From assembly GCA_008632985.1 (NCBI GenBank), contig QPGO01000004.1, positions 1-64,000 of the forward strand: DNA of 64,000 bases, read 5' to 3'. This document shows positions 20,037 to 32,249 of the stretch, in pieces. The stretch comes from Psammoneis japonica (lineage: Eukaryota). The notes beneath the pieces are model-generated. The model saw only the letters and a program-made list of their open reading frames with translations. It was not told the origin of the DNA and made no database searches. A program made the position numbers and the translations under genes. Within the stretch, counting starts at the first letter, position 1, and each line of letters opens with the position of its first letter.

Positions 20037-22659
20037 CGGTAATTTTCAGAAAAGCAGCACGGAACAAGATTGTCCGGATGGCGCACAAGGGAAAAATCGA
20101 GACGCAGCAATGGTGTTGGTAAGTGCGACATGCTTGGTGACAAGACATAGTGCAAATAGAGTTCACAGAAGAAGCGGAATGCACATAGTTCGTCGACAGA
20201 AATTTCGTTGTTGAAAACTTCAACGTTGCTCGTCGCTCGCCCTTCTCGTGTCACAGGCGTCGTTCAACCCAAAGCAATCCGGTTGTCTCACCGCATCCCT
20301 CCATCACCGGACGACGTCTAGCTGAAGCAAAGCATAATGTCGTGAGCGTGAAAAGAACGTACTTTTACCTCCATGGTCTTCCGTGGAACTTTCAGAGCTC
20401 TTGTTGGTGCTGTTTGAGTTTGTGGCTGGTTCTGGCGTCGCAGAGTGAGTGACCTAAGGGTGAGGAGATTGATTCAACCTACAAACACGTTGTTTTCGCC
20501 ACTCTTCAATATTTTCTTGCCTCAACTGCTTGTTCCCGGCGTCTGTTTTTGTTTTTTAAACTGCGACGAAAGGCGTTTACCAGGCCCTGAACATGAACCG
20601 CGTGTTGGTCTTGCAAGACTGACGAATCATCTGAGACGACTCCTCCAGACTATCCAAGACTGATTCTTGCTCGTTGTCCCCGCCCGCCCTCGTCGCGCTT
20701 TCACGCACGCGGGGCCCGCTACATTTTTCAGTTCACTTGTCCGTCGATTTTTTTAATTAGGGGACCTCCCTCCGAGGCTGAATCTTTCAATCCGCCGATT
20801 GCCGCCATGAGAACCGTGGAGCGCCACTGGCAAAAGATGCCACAGCCATGACGACGATGAACACCGGCATTGCAGTGACCCTCGGGCCTTCCGACTTCAT
20901 CGGCCGCATTGGATGGGGTGATGTTGAGTCTCGAGAAGTCAAGAAAGCCTTGGATGGGAGGAAGTTCACGACAGCAAAAAAGAAACAGCTTCTCATTCAA
21001 CCCAAATTGTGGCGGAACTTCGCACAGTCGCTTTGAGTTGACATCGGGCGAGGTTGATCCGCACATTGCTCAACCCGAGGAAGTGACAAAGGAAATGCCC
21101 AATCTCTCAAGAAGCAACATCAGTGGATCAATTTGCAGCGAATGGCAGACACATGAACGATTGCTCGTCGAAACAAAATCCAAAATGCACAACCACCTTT
21201 GAGTTGGCTTTGCCAATTTTCACACTGTTGCAAAAAATCCTCCAAGATGTTGGCGGGACAACGTGCGCATTCGTCCATGTCTCTGAAGGTCAGCTCTGTG
21301 GTGCGAATTGGTTGATTTTGAACGCAGAAGTTGGAAAGGTGCAAGGCGTTTTGTGTGCACGCAGTGAACAAAAACTCAAGCACCAACTCACCAGTTTGCT
21401 GTTGACTGTGCTCTTTTCTCTTTCTACGCTGATCACAGTCACACATGACTTTTGCTGCAAACTGCTCAAATTCCAGTGTCTCTTGAGTGGTGTCTTCGAG
21501 CACTCCAGTCCCATGGATGCCCTCAAAATTTCGGTGCCGGCCCTCTGGTGCTGGCATCTGGCAGAATTCGCTGCTCTGCACTGTGCTCTCCAATCTCCCC
21601 GCTGCCCTCTTTCAAGTCACCTGGGGCCCTGTCAGCGCAAGCTCATCATGAAGGCGCTCGCTCCCGCACTGTGTTTCCGTGTGTCGGCGTGGCTGTTGTT
21701 GTGCTGGGAGAGTCTCGTCCTCTGAAAAAGACAGAAAATCAAAGGATGCTGCTGCTCAGTCACTCAAGAAGGGATCAGTCACTGTGCTCTGGCATTCTGC
21801 GCAAAGAATTTGGATTGAACTCACTTGTGCTTCCAAAGCAAAACCAATGGAGAATGGAGAATGTGCATCTGGAGAAAAATGAGTGCATGGGGAGGACTGT
21901 CTCTATCCTGTTCCAAGCCAAACATGGAAAAGGAGCTTGGGAGGAGACCACAAGGACCCAAGGCCTGGTGCTTTTGTTGCCATGGGGTCAGAAGCAGCAG
22001 CCATGGCAATGATCAGTCCAAGTTGCCGTCGAAACAAGAGACCTTCCAACTGTTGGCATGAAAAGCCTCTTGGAGAATGTTTGCAGCTTGTGAGTTGTGT
22101 TCTTTGAGATCTGTTGTTCACAAGAAAACATGGGTGGCAAATGATGTCATGCAAGCACTCCTTCAACCTTTTCTAATCCAGTCACATTGGACAAGCTCCC
22201 GCCCTTGCAATGCATGGGCTCTTTTGTTGCCCGTGTGCCAACTCTCATGACAAGTGTTTTTTGCCAATTCCGCACGTGGTTTCTCCATCGACTGAGTGCC
22301 CGATCGGCCGGACACTGTTCAGTCTTTGTTGTTCTCTTGCCAACAACATTCATTCCCAGTGAGAAAACGTTGTGAACGAATCATTCACAAGTCTCTTGAG
22401 TGCGGAGCCCTCGGCTTCTCACAACTGCACCGCGTCGGTGCACGGTCGTTGCAGGGGGGCGCGTTCTTGCATCATTCTGCACTTTTCCATTCATTGTTCT
22501 TTGCAGCAGTGCTCCACATCATCATGTGCACCACTGCATCATGCGACACCAATGCCAAAGTGGCCAGTTTGCTCCACATGATGGCAGATGGGTGGTCATG
22601 GTGTGTTTTGCCGTGTGAATCTTGAATCTCACGTGGCTTGTCGGATTGAAACATTTCAA

Positions 22660-25600
22660 TTTAAAACAGAAAATTAAGAGAGCCCATGCAGAGTGGAAGG
22701 GAACAGCAGAGGGAGGCACGGAGGTGGCTGCAGTGACGGCAGAGTAGAAGGGCTGAAGGACACAGGATGAAGGGCGTTCAGAGGAAGGTGTGGGTGAGGA
22801 GGGAGCAGGGAGGGAGGAAGTGAATCGGAGGATGTGCGTAGAAAGGTGAAGAACGACGTTGCAGCCAAGGGTTTGGGTGGCCCACTGGGATGGGGAGGCT
22901 GTGCGGCAGGTGCTCCCAAAGCGATCGGCGGACAGGCGATGCCATGCGAAGTCAGCGGATGGAAGGATTGCAGATGGAGATGACAAAGCACAGAGGAAGG
23001 TGGAGCAGGAGGCAACGGAGTGACAAAAGTCAGAGGAAGAGGACCAGGGCGGCTTGGGCTGAGAGCAGATGGAAGAAGATGCAGGGCCAAAGAGCAAGTG
23101 GTGAGCAAAGCAGCCGAGACCACCAAGGTGATCAACGGTGAAGGGGAGCAGGAAGATGCCATCGTTGTCAAGCGAAGAAACAACAAGGGATCCATCAGCA
23201 AAGGAAGCAGAGGGGCCAAGGAACTTCAATCTCGCGCTCGAGTGGTGTGCCTCAGTTAAAATGGGAGAAGAGGGAGCAGGCAGACCTGGAGGAGGGCGAG
23301 AAGGAGCTTGAGGGACGGCAACGTCCACTGCAATGTAATGATGACGGGAAGGAGCAGAAAGGGAGGTGGGAGGGGGAATTATGTCAACTGGGGTGTCTGT
23401 GGGGTTGGCAGTTGTTGTGGTGGGGAAACAGGTGGTGGAGGAGGTGCGCGCAGTGCGCTGGGAGAGGGAGAGAAAAAGGGTTGGCCAAGGGTGCAGACAG
23501 ACGGTCGTGAGGAGGAGTTGGTGATGGTGGGATGGCAGAGGAGGAAAGCTTGACATGCAGAGAGATGGTTGGAGAGAGCAAAGCCAAAATTGAGGCTGAG
23601 GATTTGGGAAGCCCAGAGCAGGGGTGTTGCTGCATGACAGGAGGAGCCGAAGTGATCGGTGAAAGTTGTTTCCAGGCCGCATTGGATTGGGTGAGGAGGT
23701 TGGAAGGAGCTAAAAGGGAGTTTGTGCAGGCGGAGAAGGATGCGTGCTAGTTAGACAAAGAGGATGGGCTGGACCAGGGCGGTTTGGGAGGGAGGGGCGG
23801 GACGGAGGAAGAGGCAGTGATGGAAGCGCCAAAGAAAAAGACATGGAAGTGATGTCCAATGCCTCTGAGGTGGTCGAAGGTAAAAGGGAGGAGGAAGAGG
23901 CCTGCTTGGTTGATGGCATCAATGATGTCAGAACCGTGGGCAGAGGATGTAGAGCGGCCGAGGAGCTTGTCCCGAGTGCTGCTGAGGTGAGCCTTGTTGA
24001 GTGGGTTTTCAGGGACAGGCAAACCAGGTGCAGGAGGCGGGGGAGCGGGCGGTGCGGTGACATCAATTGCCAGGAATTGGTGGGTGGATGGAGCGTTTGG
24101 TGGTGTGGAGCCGGGAGTGAGTTGGACGCCGACGTTGGCGGGGCGTTTTAGAGGGTGGTTGGGTGGGAGTCCGGCAGGGTCGAGGCAGACTTGTTGGCTG
24201 GACCGGCAGAGACCGCACATGGGGCCGAGGGTTTCGATGACAGTGTGGATGGTGTCACGGATGTGGTTGGACAGAGGGCCTTTGTGCATTTTGGAGCAGG
24301 CAAAGGCATGATCGCCGTACAGGTCGGGGTGGGCGTGGCCACATGGGCAGTTGTGTTGGGAGAGGGTGGATGGGACAATGGGCAGGCGGAGCTTGTGCAG
24401 GAGGAGGATTGTGAAGAGGTGTGGCGGAAGGCGGTTGGAAGTGGGGGTGCGGGATAGGGAGTGAAGGCACAGGCTTGTGAGTGGGGACAATGGGGATGGG
24501 AGCACCGGTTGGATGGAAGGATCAGTGAGGAGCAGGGGAAGGGTGTTGTGTGCATGATGGTGGAGGTGAAGGCGCTGTGAGAGACCGCGTAGGGTGTGGT
24601 GTTTGACAGCGTGTGGAAGGGAGGTGAAAGAGGAAGAATCAAGTTTGAGAACGGTGGGAGCGCAGTGGCAAAAGATTTGGTAGAGGGAGAGAGCAGAGCG
24701 AGGGTTGGACCATGAACCAAGAGTGGCAGAGCGGCTTGAGGGAAGGTGGAAGATGGTGCCACCGGTGAGTGGGATGCCATGTTTGGTGCAACGGATGGAT
24801 CAGAGGAGGGAGGTGATTAGAGCGGGGACGGCAACTGTGGAGACATCTCAATGTCCGATGCCGCCCAAGGAGACGGGCAGGGTGGCAATGAGTTTGGAGG
24901 CGGATGGGAGCGGGTCGGCATGTTGGGTGAGGCAGGTGAGGAATCGGAGGGAGTGGCCGATGATTTGGTTGGTGAAGGGGGATGCCCATTGAAAAGGGGG
25001 TGGGAAGTCATCGGAGCGCAGAAGGTTGTGACATGTGTCGGCGGACAGCAGGTGGGTGATGGAAGGGATGGAGCACTTGCGGAAGAGGGTGCTTTGTGTT
25101 TGTTTGTCGGTGAGACGGACGGTGAGGCAATGAAGGTCGGTGGCAAAGGAGGTGGCCTTGTTGTGAAGGAAATCGAGGGCAAAAGCGGGCGAACCAATGG
25201 GGCGACCAAGGAAGCGGGTGCTGGTGGTGATCTCGGGCATGACATGGGGGCTGTTGTGGGGATTTAGGAAGGTCAAGGCTTCGGAGAGTGCGGCGGCGTT
25301 GGCAGGTGGGAGGCGGTTGATGGGAGAAGAGCCTGCAATGGATGTGAGAATTTGGGTCTTGGAGGTGTTGAGCTTGATGCCAAATTGGGGGCCGCAGGTG
25401 GAGAGTTGTTGGAGGAACCAAGGGAGCTGGGAGAAGGGAAGGAAGATGTGGGTGTCATCAATGCATGAAGAGGCAGCAGATTTGGAACGGGGAGGGAGTC
25501 GATGACACAGTTCGTTGTTGACGGGGTGGAATGCGTGAGCCAAAACAAGGCAGGAAAAGGCAGGGCTGAGGGGGCAGCCTTGAGCAAATCCCTCTGGTTG

Positions 25601-28600
25601 AGAGAAGGAGGACCATTGCAAGCGGTGGTCACGGTGCCAGCAGGTGTCAGGGTCTTGGCAGAGCAGGTCGAAGAAAGGCACAAGAGGGCGGCACTCGTCA
25701 GAGTTGTCGAGGGTGTGGCGACAGGCATCACGGGAGCATTCGTTGAAACAATTGGACAGGTCAAGGAGGAGGAGAGCTTTGGTTGGCGTGGAGTCTGGTT
25801 GAAAGTGTCGTTCGATGTTGGCACAGGTGGTGTCGACGAGGCAGTCGAGACCTCCTTTGACTCCGACTCCGAATTGGCCAGAGAGTGGGAGGTTGGCAGC
25901 AAAGGTGGCGGCAAAAAGGAACATGATGAGGGTGCCGACGATTCTGTGAAGGGCGGTTCCGACGCCGATGGGTCGAAGCTTGGATGGGTTGGATGAGTCT
26001 TTGTGGAGAGCGAGGAAGTGGTTGGAAGAAAAGACAGGTTTGATGGATGCAGGGATGTCCGCTGCAAGAATGAGATCGAGCAGATGTTTGAAGGTGAGCA
26101 AGTGGGGGCAGGAAGTGGATGTTGGCGTGGAATGGCGGTGGAGGGCGCAGGCCTTGAATGGGTCGGTGGAATCGGCAAAGGCGCCGGGTGCTTTGCCTGG
26201 TTGACATTTGGCAAGGGCTTTGCGGAGATCGTCGGTGGTGCAGTGCAGGGGGGAGGAAGCAGATCGTTGGTGTCGGGTGGAGGGGGGAGAAGGCAGCGGT
26301 GGGTGTTTCCAGGGCGGATAAAGTTGCTTGACAAGTTCCATGCGTTTGGGGGTGAGAGAGGCAACGGGAAGGGAGGAGGTGGCCCGGGCGCAGGTGGCAT
26401 GAAGGTTGTTGACGTTAGCGGCAATTTGGGCAGAGTGGGCGCAGGATGTGTTGTCAAAGTCGGGAGGTTCGTCAGACATGTCTGGGATGGGTGTTGAGCG
26501 AGATTGGTCATAGAGGGCACGGATGGAACCGTTGCGGAAGAGGAAAAGACGTTGTGTGATGGTGGTGGAGAGAGGGATGTTGGAGTTCTTGGGGCGTGGG
26601 TGGAGGATGAGAGATTCAAAGAGGAAGAGGAGCTTGAAGAAAGGGTCAGAGGCTGTTTGCCAAGAAGGGGGTGGGTCGTCGGCGGGGTCGAAAGGCTTGG
26701 AGGAGTCGACAGTCCATTGGATGAGATGATGGAGGGTGAGAAGGACCTGGAGGCGAGAGGAAGGGGGGAGTTTGTGCCAGATGGAGGCGCGGAAGGGCGG
26801 AGGCGACAGGGGCAGTGAGTGTAGCCACTGAAGGGAGGCTGTCCAATCAGCAAGCTCTTGACATGGGTGGGAGGATGCAACAAGCTGAAGATTGGCAGTT
26901 GTGCAGAATTGAAAATGGATGTCAGAAATGTGGGTGTGTGGGTGAGTGTCACGGAGGTACATCTTGGTGGTTCGTTGGCAATGTCGGCATGGGTGCAGGT
27001 CATGGAGCTCGAAAAAGGAGTCGGGGATGGCACGGAGGCTGCGGTGTTTGTGTGCAGAAGAGAGATGCATGCGCAGAAGCTTGGGCACTTGAGGCGGAGG
27101 AGCATTGGGTGGGAGGGAGAAGGAGCAGCCCTCGAAGGGGCAGGAGCAGTTGGCAACCCCTGGCGGGGTGCAGGTGCTGGAGGGTGGGGCAAAGTGTGTT
27201 GGGGTCTTGATTGGTGTCAGCAGCCTGTTGGGCGAGTGTGGTCCACTCAGCAAGGTGTGTGGGAGCAAAGGAGTGGACCCATTGGTCGAAGACATCGAGA
27301 AGCTCAAGGTCGCGTTGAGAGCACTCGATGTCCATGTCGGGTGGGTCGGGGTGTGGCGTGTGTTCCGTGGGTGTGGACGGGGCATTGCGTGTCAAGGTGG
27401 GAGTGTCGGTGGCGAAAGGGTCGGGGTCCATGGCAGCAGTTTCGGAGGAGAACGTGGAGCCGTCGAGGTCGGGAGGGTGTGAGCATTTCTTGCATTGTTG
27501 AGAAGGGGGTGTGCGGGTGCTGTCGCGTGTCAGTGCAATTGGGGACGGTGGCGTGGGTTCCCAGGAGGCTTCGAGGAAGGAGAGGGCTGTTTCGGACAGG
27601 GTGTCTTTTGAGAAGGTTGAGAGGTTGCTTGGGCAAAGGACGCAGATGTTCAGGCAGGGGAGGGAGGGGGGTGGCGGGGAGGGAGGTCCTTGAGGAGGTG
27701 TTTGGGGATGTTGGGACAGAGGTGGAGGGTGGCATCAGTGATGTCCATGACAAACGGGGTGGCAAAAAAAAGGAGCTTGTGTCGGACCGGGGTGTCACTG
27801 TGAGAGAAAAAAACAGGGATGAAACCAAAAAGGTCAGGGGTGGAGAGAAGTTCGTCGTAGTCGGAAGGCGCGGAGATGTTGAGGCGGCTCGTGATGATGG
27901 TAAAGCTGTCGGCTTGGCGTTTGTTAATGGCTTGTAGGCGCGTGGTGATGGGAAGGGTTTTGGGAAAGGAAGGGAAGGGGACAACCAAAAGGGAAAGGCC
28001 AAGGATGTGCATGATCGGAGGCGGCGTGTTGGAAGGGTTGACGACGGATAGAAAGGAGGTCCACATTTCGGGCGTGGAGGTGGTGAGAAAGTAAACGTCA
28101 GACTGGGGGATCTTGGCGGTTTGGGCGGAGAAAGTTGGGAAGTGGGAGGGGCGGACACCGACGTGATCAAGGAAGGTGCTGCACTCAGAGAAAAGAGAAA
28201 GGGTGGGGTCTGAGGGGTTGGCAGGTAAAAGGGATTTGACGTGAGTGTGCAGTTGTTGGAGAAGAAATTCGCAGGTGCGTCGAGATTGACCGTGGGTTTT
28301 GGGGTTGATGCTGGCGAGGATGCCGCAGGCTTGTTCAGTGAAGGAGTTGCAAGCAGGGATGAGAAAGGTGGTGTAGCGAGTCCAGGGGTTGGGAGATGCG
28401 GGGGTGTCTATGGCATCCGAGGGAAGGAAGTCAGGGGAGGTGGAGGAGGCGGAGTGGTGCTTGAATTGTGTGGGAGGGTGCAGGTGCCACTTTTGCACAG
28501 TGAAGCGGAGAACTTGGTCATGGAAAGGGAGGAAATCGAAGGGTTCGTGGGAGGAGACGGGAGCAAAAGTTAGTTCGAAATAGGAGGCCCATTGATTGTG

Positions 28601-30290
28601 GTGAGGGCGGGAGCGGTGCTTGGTTGCAGAAAAGGTGATGTTGGCAATGTCGAAGAGAAGGCGGGGTTCACGTGCAGCGTGTGTTCAGAGGGTGGTTTGG
28701 ACAATGGAGTGGACGCCGTCAACATCGATGGCGGGTTCGGGCTTGTCGGCAGGGTCGGATGGGTGCAAGAATTGAAGAAGGAGCTTGGCGGTGGTCGGAA
28801 GTGGGTTGGGATCGATGGTGTTGGTGGAGGCGTCAGGCTGCACATGAGTGTTGGAAGCATTGGGAATTTTGGCGGTGGGAGAAGGGGTGGCAGCAGCAGC
28901 GGAGATGGAAGAGGAGTCAAGGGATGGAGGGTGGGAAGGAGAAGTGACTGTGTGGACAGTTGGGGGCGGAGGCTGGGCTGGGGTCTTGGGTGGAGATGCA
29001 GGCGGGGAGTGGGGGTCGTGGGGGTCGCATGGTGGGGCAGTGGGGGTTGGAAGCAAGGGTTGAGATGTCTGGGAGTCTTGGGAGTTCTGGATGCTTTCTT
29101 GGAGGGAGGGCCAGTTGGAGTGGTCGTTGAGGGAGGACATGGCGGAGCGCAAAAGGGAGCGAAAGGCGGAGTCAAAGTCGAAGGCGGAATCGAGGGCAGA
29201 GTCGGAGGCGAGAGCGGAGTCGGGGGTGGAGTCGGAGGCGAGAGTGGAGTCGGGGTTGGAGTCACAGAGGTTGAAGTGTTGCGCAGGTTGTCCGTGCATT
29301 GTAGGAGATTTGACATGTTCAGAGTCGAGTGCAGGAAATTGGATGTGTTCAGAGTCGATGTGGTGCGTAGATTCCCCGTGTGTCGCAGGAAAGTTGATGT
29401 GTTCGGAGTTGAAGTCAAAAGCGGAATCAAAGTCAGAGTCGGAAACAAAAGCAGAGTTGTGGTCATTGATGTGTTGCGCAGATTTCTCGTGTGTCGCAGG
29501 AAAGTTGATGTGGTCAGGGTTGAAGCAAAAAGCGGAATTGAAGTCAGAGTCGGAAACGAAAGCAGAGTTGTGGCCGTTGATGTGGTGCGTGAATTTGTTG
29601 TGTGTCGAAGGAAAGTTTTTGTGTGCCGCAGGAAGGAAGAAGGTGTGAGCAGACACAAGAAGGAGGGCAGTTGGGGAGGGTGCACAAAATCGTGACTGAA
29701 GCAAAACTTTTTGATGGGGGGCCATTGAGGGTGTCATGGGGGGCACAAGAAGGGTTGGAGAAAGAGAATGAGGAGATGGGGTCAGAGGCCAGAACACGAC
29801 TGACAGTGCAGGGGTGATCATGGAGGAGGGCATGCGATGAGGGGGAGAGGGAGAGGGAGGGCTGTTGGGGGTGTCAGAAAGGGGTGATGGAGTGGGGCTG
29901 TGCGGTTGTTTGTGGGGGGTTGGAAAGAGGAAGGATGGAAGGGGGGTGATGGTGAGAGAGGGGGGCAACAGTGGGGAAGGGGTCGCAGGAGCAGCGCACG
30001 GGTTGAGGACGATGAGGAAAATGGCGAAAACCGAAATGACGCGGAGGAGGTGCCACAAAGCGAAAGGCCCAAGGAGTGGTGGTGGGTCGGGAGGCCATTT
30101 CGGAAGGTGCAGCGAAGCGCTGCTTGACTGGGAAGTGAACCCCGTCGGCGTTGTCAATGGGGCTTTCACAATCATCGTTGGACGGCAGCTAAGTTGCACG
30201 CATGTTGATTGAAATGCCGACATCGGCGGGACGGAGAAGCGGGCGGCAGGCTCGAGATGAACGTCATTGGGGGAGCGACAGAACTCTGCA
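22660..30290 (-). mobile_element. CRE-like (RLE-type) non-LTR retrotransposon, frameshifted
   Basis: RT in 24848-27385: LALHK..KLRPIGVG, QFGVG, LLDLSNCFN, GFAQGCPLSP, CIDD, GIKLNTSKT, FLGRPIG; C-terminal CxC...GDHAFAC...HIRD...RPAxV...AIDVT restriction-like endonuclease; N-terminal C2H2-like motifs. Confidence 0.9.
29260..29620 (-). repeat. In-frame 111-bp (37-aa) tandem repeat in the CRE-like N-terminal ORF
   Basis: gtgtgtcgcaggaaagttgatgtg at 29378 and 29489; peptide NSAFVSDSDF...HINFPATH repeated. Confidence 0.85.
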
Positions 30291-30562
30291 AGGGGTCAGG
30301 GAGGTCCCATAAATAAAAAAATCGACGGACAAGTGATCTGAAAAATGTAGCGGAACAACACGTAGAATTCTACACCCGTACATAAATAGGAACCACGATT
30401 CACACGACTCACCCGTGTCAGCAATTTTGAATCTTCACATGAACTCACATTTTAGAAAAAGCCTGGATGCGATTCCAGAGGAGTTCTCATTGTTATTTGC
30501 ATCAACCACAACAACTCGAAAAAGACAATAGTCGACCACATATTGTGTCAACAGATCCATCT

Positions 30563-30919
30563 ATGGCTGACGACGACATCAAAACGGACGTTGAAAAGCA
30601 AGAGGAGGCAGCGCTTGAGCCGGAAGGCGTGGAGGACCAAACCAACGACGAAACGACGGAAGAGAACAGTTTCAAGTCCAATTATTCATACCAGGCAAAT
30701 TACTCCGCCTTTTCCCTCTACGCGTCATTTTGCGTTGCCTGTTTTTTGAGCTTTATGGCTTTCGGAAGCATCGTAAGTTTCTTTTGTTGTACAGAACAGA
30801 TTTTCGAATGCTGGCATCTGTTGTTTATGGATGCGGCTACAACACAAGCAACCACTCACAACTCACCTTTCGCTCGTCCGCAGGGCGCCAGTTTCAGCGT
30901 TTTCTCTGTTGTAAGTTGA
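30563..30919 (+). CDS. Hypothetical small protein (acidic N-terminus); structure uncertain
   Basis: MADDDIKTDVEKQEE start after an A/C-rich leader; may be spliced or truncated. Confidence 0.35.
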   Translation: MADDDIKTDVEKQEEAALEPEGVEDQTNDETTEENSFKSNYSYQANYSAFSLYASFCVACFLSFMAFGSIVSFFCCTEQIFECWHLLFMDAATTQATTHNSPFARPQGASFSVFSVVS

Positions 30920-31612
30920 AAGAAAATTGTTGGAGGCAGTTGCGGAGTGCATTCCAAACAGTGCCGACCAACGATATTTGAGTGCTAACACTGCGTTCAT
31001 CTCCCTGTTTTGCTTTTAAAATTATACGAAAGGCATCCTTCTGTAGCTCCTTCTCCATCGCCAGCTCCTTTTCCAACTTTGCCATTTGCTGCTCCAGAGA
31101 ATCCTTCAAGATTTGTTGCTGAGTGGAACGAGTAATGGTGTTATTTGGACGCAAGAAGCGAATGCAACAAGGAGTGACATGCGAAAAATCAACACAGTAG
31201 AGGAAAGATACTCTCTGTGTATGTAGCGCAATCGTCATAAAATTTAGGATTTAGGCATTAAAAGCAATCTATTTTACATAAACTCGACTGAACGCACAGT
31301 CTTTGTGGTGCCCCTGGATTGTTGCCGTAATAACTGAATTGAAATGACAACATTGCATTGCTCTATACCGAGTACCGGTAGTGAGACTGGGTCGTGCCCG
31401 GCGGGTCGATCCGAACCCATCTGTTTTTTCGGACCCGGTACATCCAGTACATCTACTTTACCGGTACATATCGCGTAGAATTCTACGTAGAAAACCACGA
31501 TTCACATGAAACACAGACGCACCAGAATGGCTTCTCCCATTTCTCGCTATTTTCGAGTTTCGATTATCACCCAAGATAGAGCCCGCCGCTTCCTTGCAGC
31601 TAACACACAGCG

Positions 31613-31987
31613 ATGGTGGATGCGTTGATTTATGTCGGAGGCGCCCTTACGCTAGTCTGGGGACTCGCCCACTTGATTCCGACCAAGAATGTTGTCAGAG
31701 ACTTTGGTGAGATTGGTGACGACAACAAGAATATTATCACCATGGAGTGGATCAACGAGGGAATCACACTTATATTCTTTGGGGTGTACCCAATCGTAGT
31801 GACAACCATTGATTCCTCCACTGATGAAAGCCGGGCAGTCTATGTTATTACAAGTATTGGACTATTCGTACTAGCTGTGATTTCCCTCTTCACCGGATTC
31901 AGAGTGAACTTTCTCCCATTCCGACTCTGCCCGGTCATATTTACTCTATCGGCAATACTCATTCTCATTGGAGGACTTAACGAATGA
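31613..31987 (+). CDS. Small 4-TM hypothetical membrane protein, intronless
   Basis: 124-aa ORF with four hydrophobic segments and motifs WGxAHL.PT, TMEWI.EG, LPFRLCP. Confidence 0.8.
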   Translation: MVDALIYVGGALTLVWGLAHLIPTKNVVRDFGEIGDDNKNIITMEWINEGITLIFFGVYPIVVTTIDSSTDESRAVYVITSIGLFVLAVISLFTGFRVNFLPFRLCPVIFTLSAILILIGGLNE

Positions 31988-32249
31988 AAAAAAGGCCGAT
32001 TCTTGCCGAAAAACAAGCACCGAACCACTGGAGATCAATCACTAGCTACGGGTATCAACCTGCGCTTGGCTCCTTGTCGCATTCCTTGTCTTTGACAAGT
32101 ACACTACATAATGGAATCCACTGTCCCCTCTTCGTCGTGTGATTTCAACATTGAGCACAACTCAACGGTATATGTCTAGTAGACACGAATTTTATAAGAA
32201 GTGTGATACAACAAATTCTCACAGTACGAAAATAGATTCATCTATGAAT

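Larger units (their letters stand above)
20716..30353. mobile_element. 9.6-kb unit bounded by 56-bp inverted repeats
   Basis: 20716-20771 matches the reverse complement of 30298-30353 with 3 mismatches; the interior is TpA-depleted; no TSD seen. Confidence 0.75.

Noticed and set aside
24851..29695. Long Gly/Val-rich plus-strand ORFs (e.g. 26858-27937, 28592-29695)
   Set aside because: They are antisense shadows of the C-rich CRE-like coding strand.
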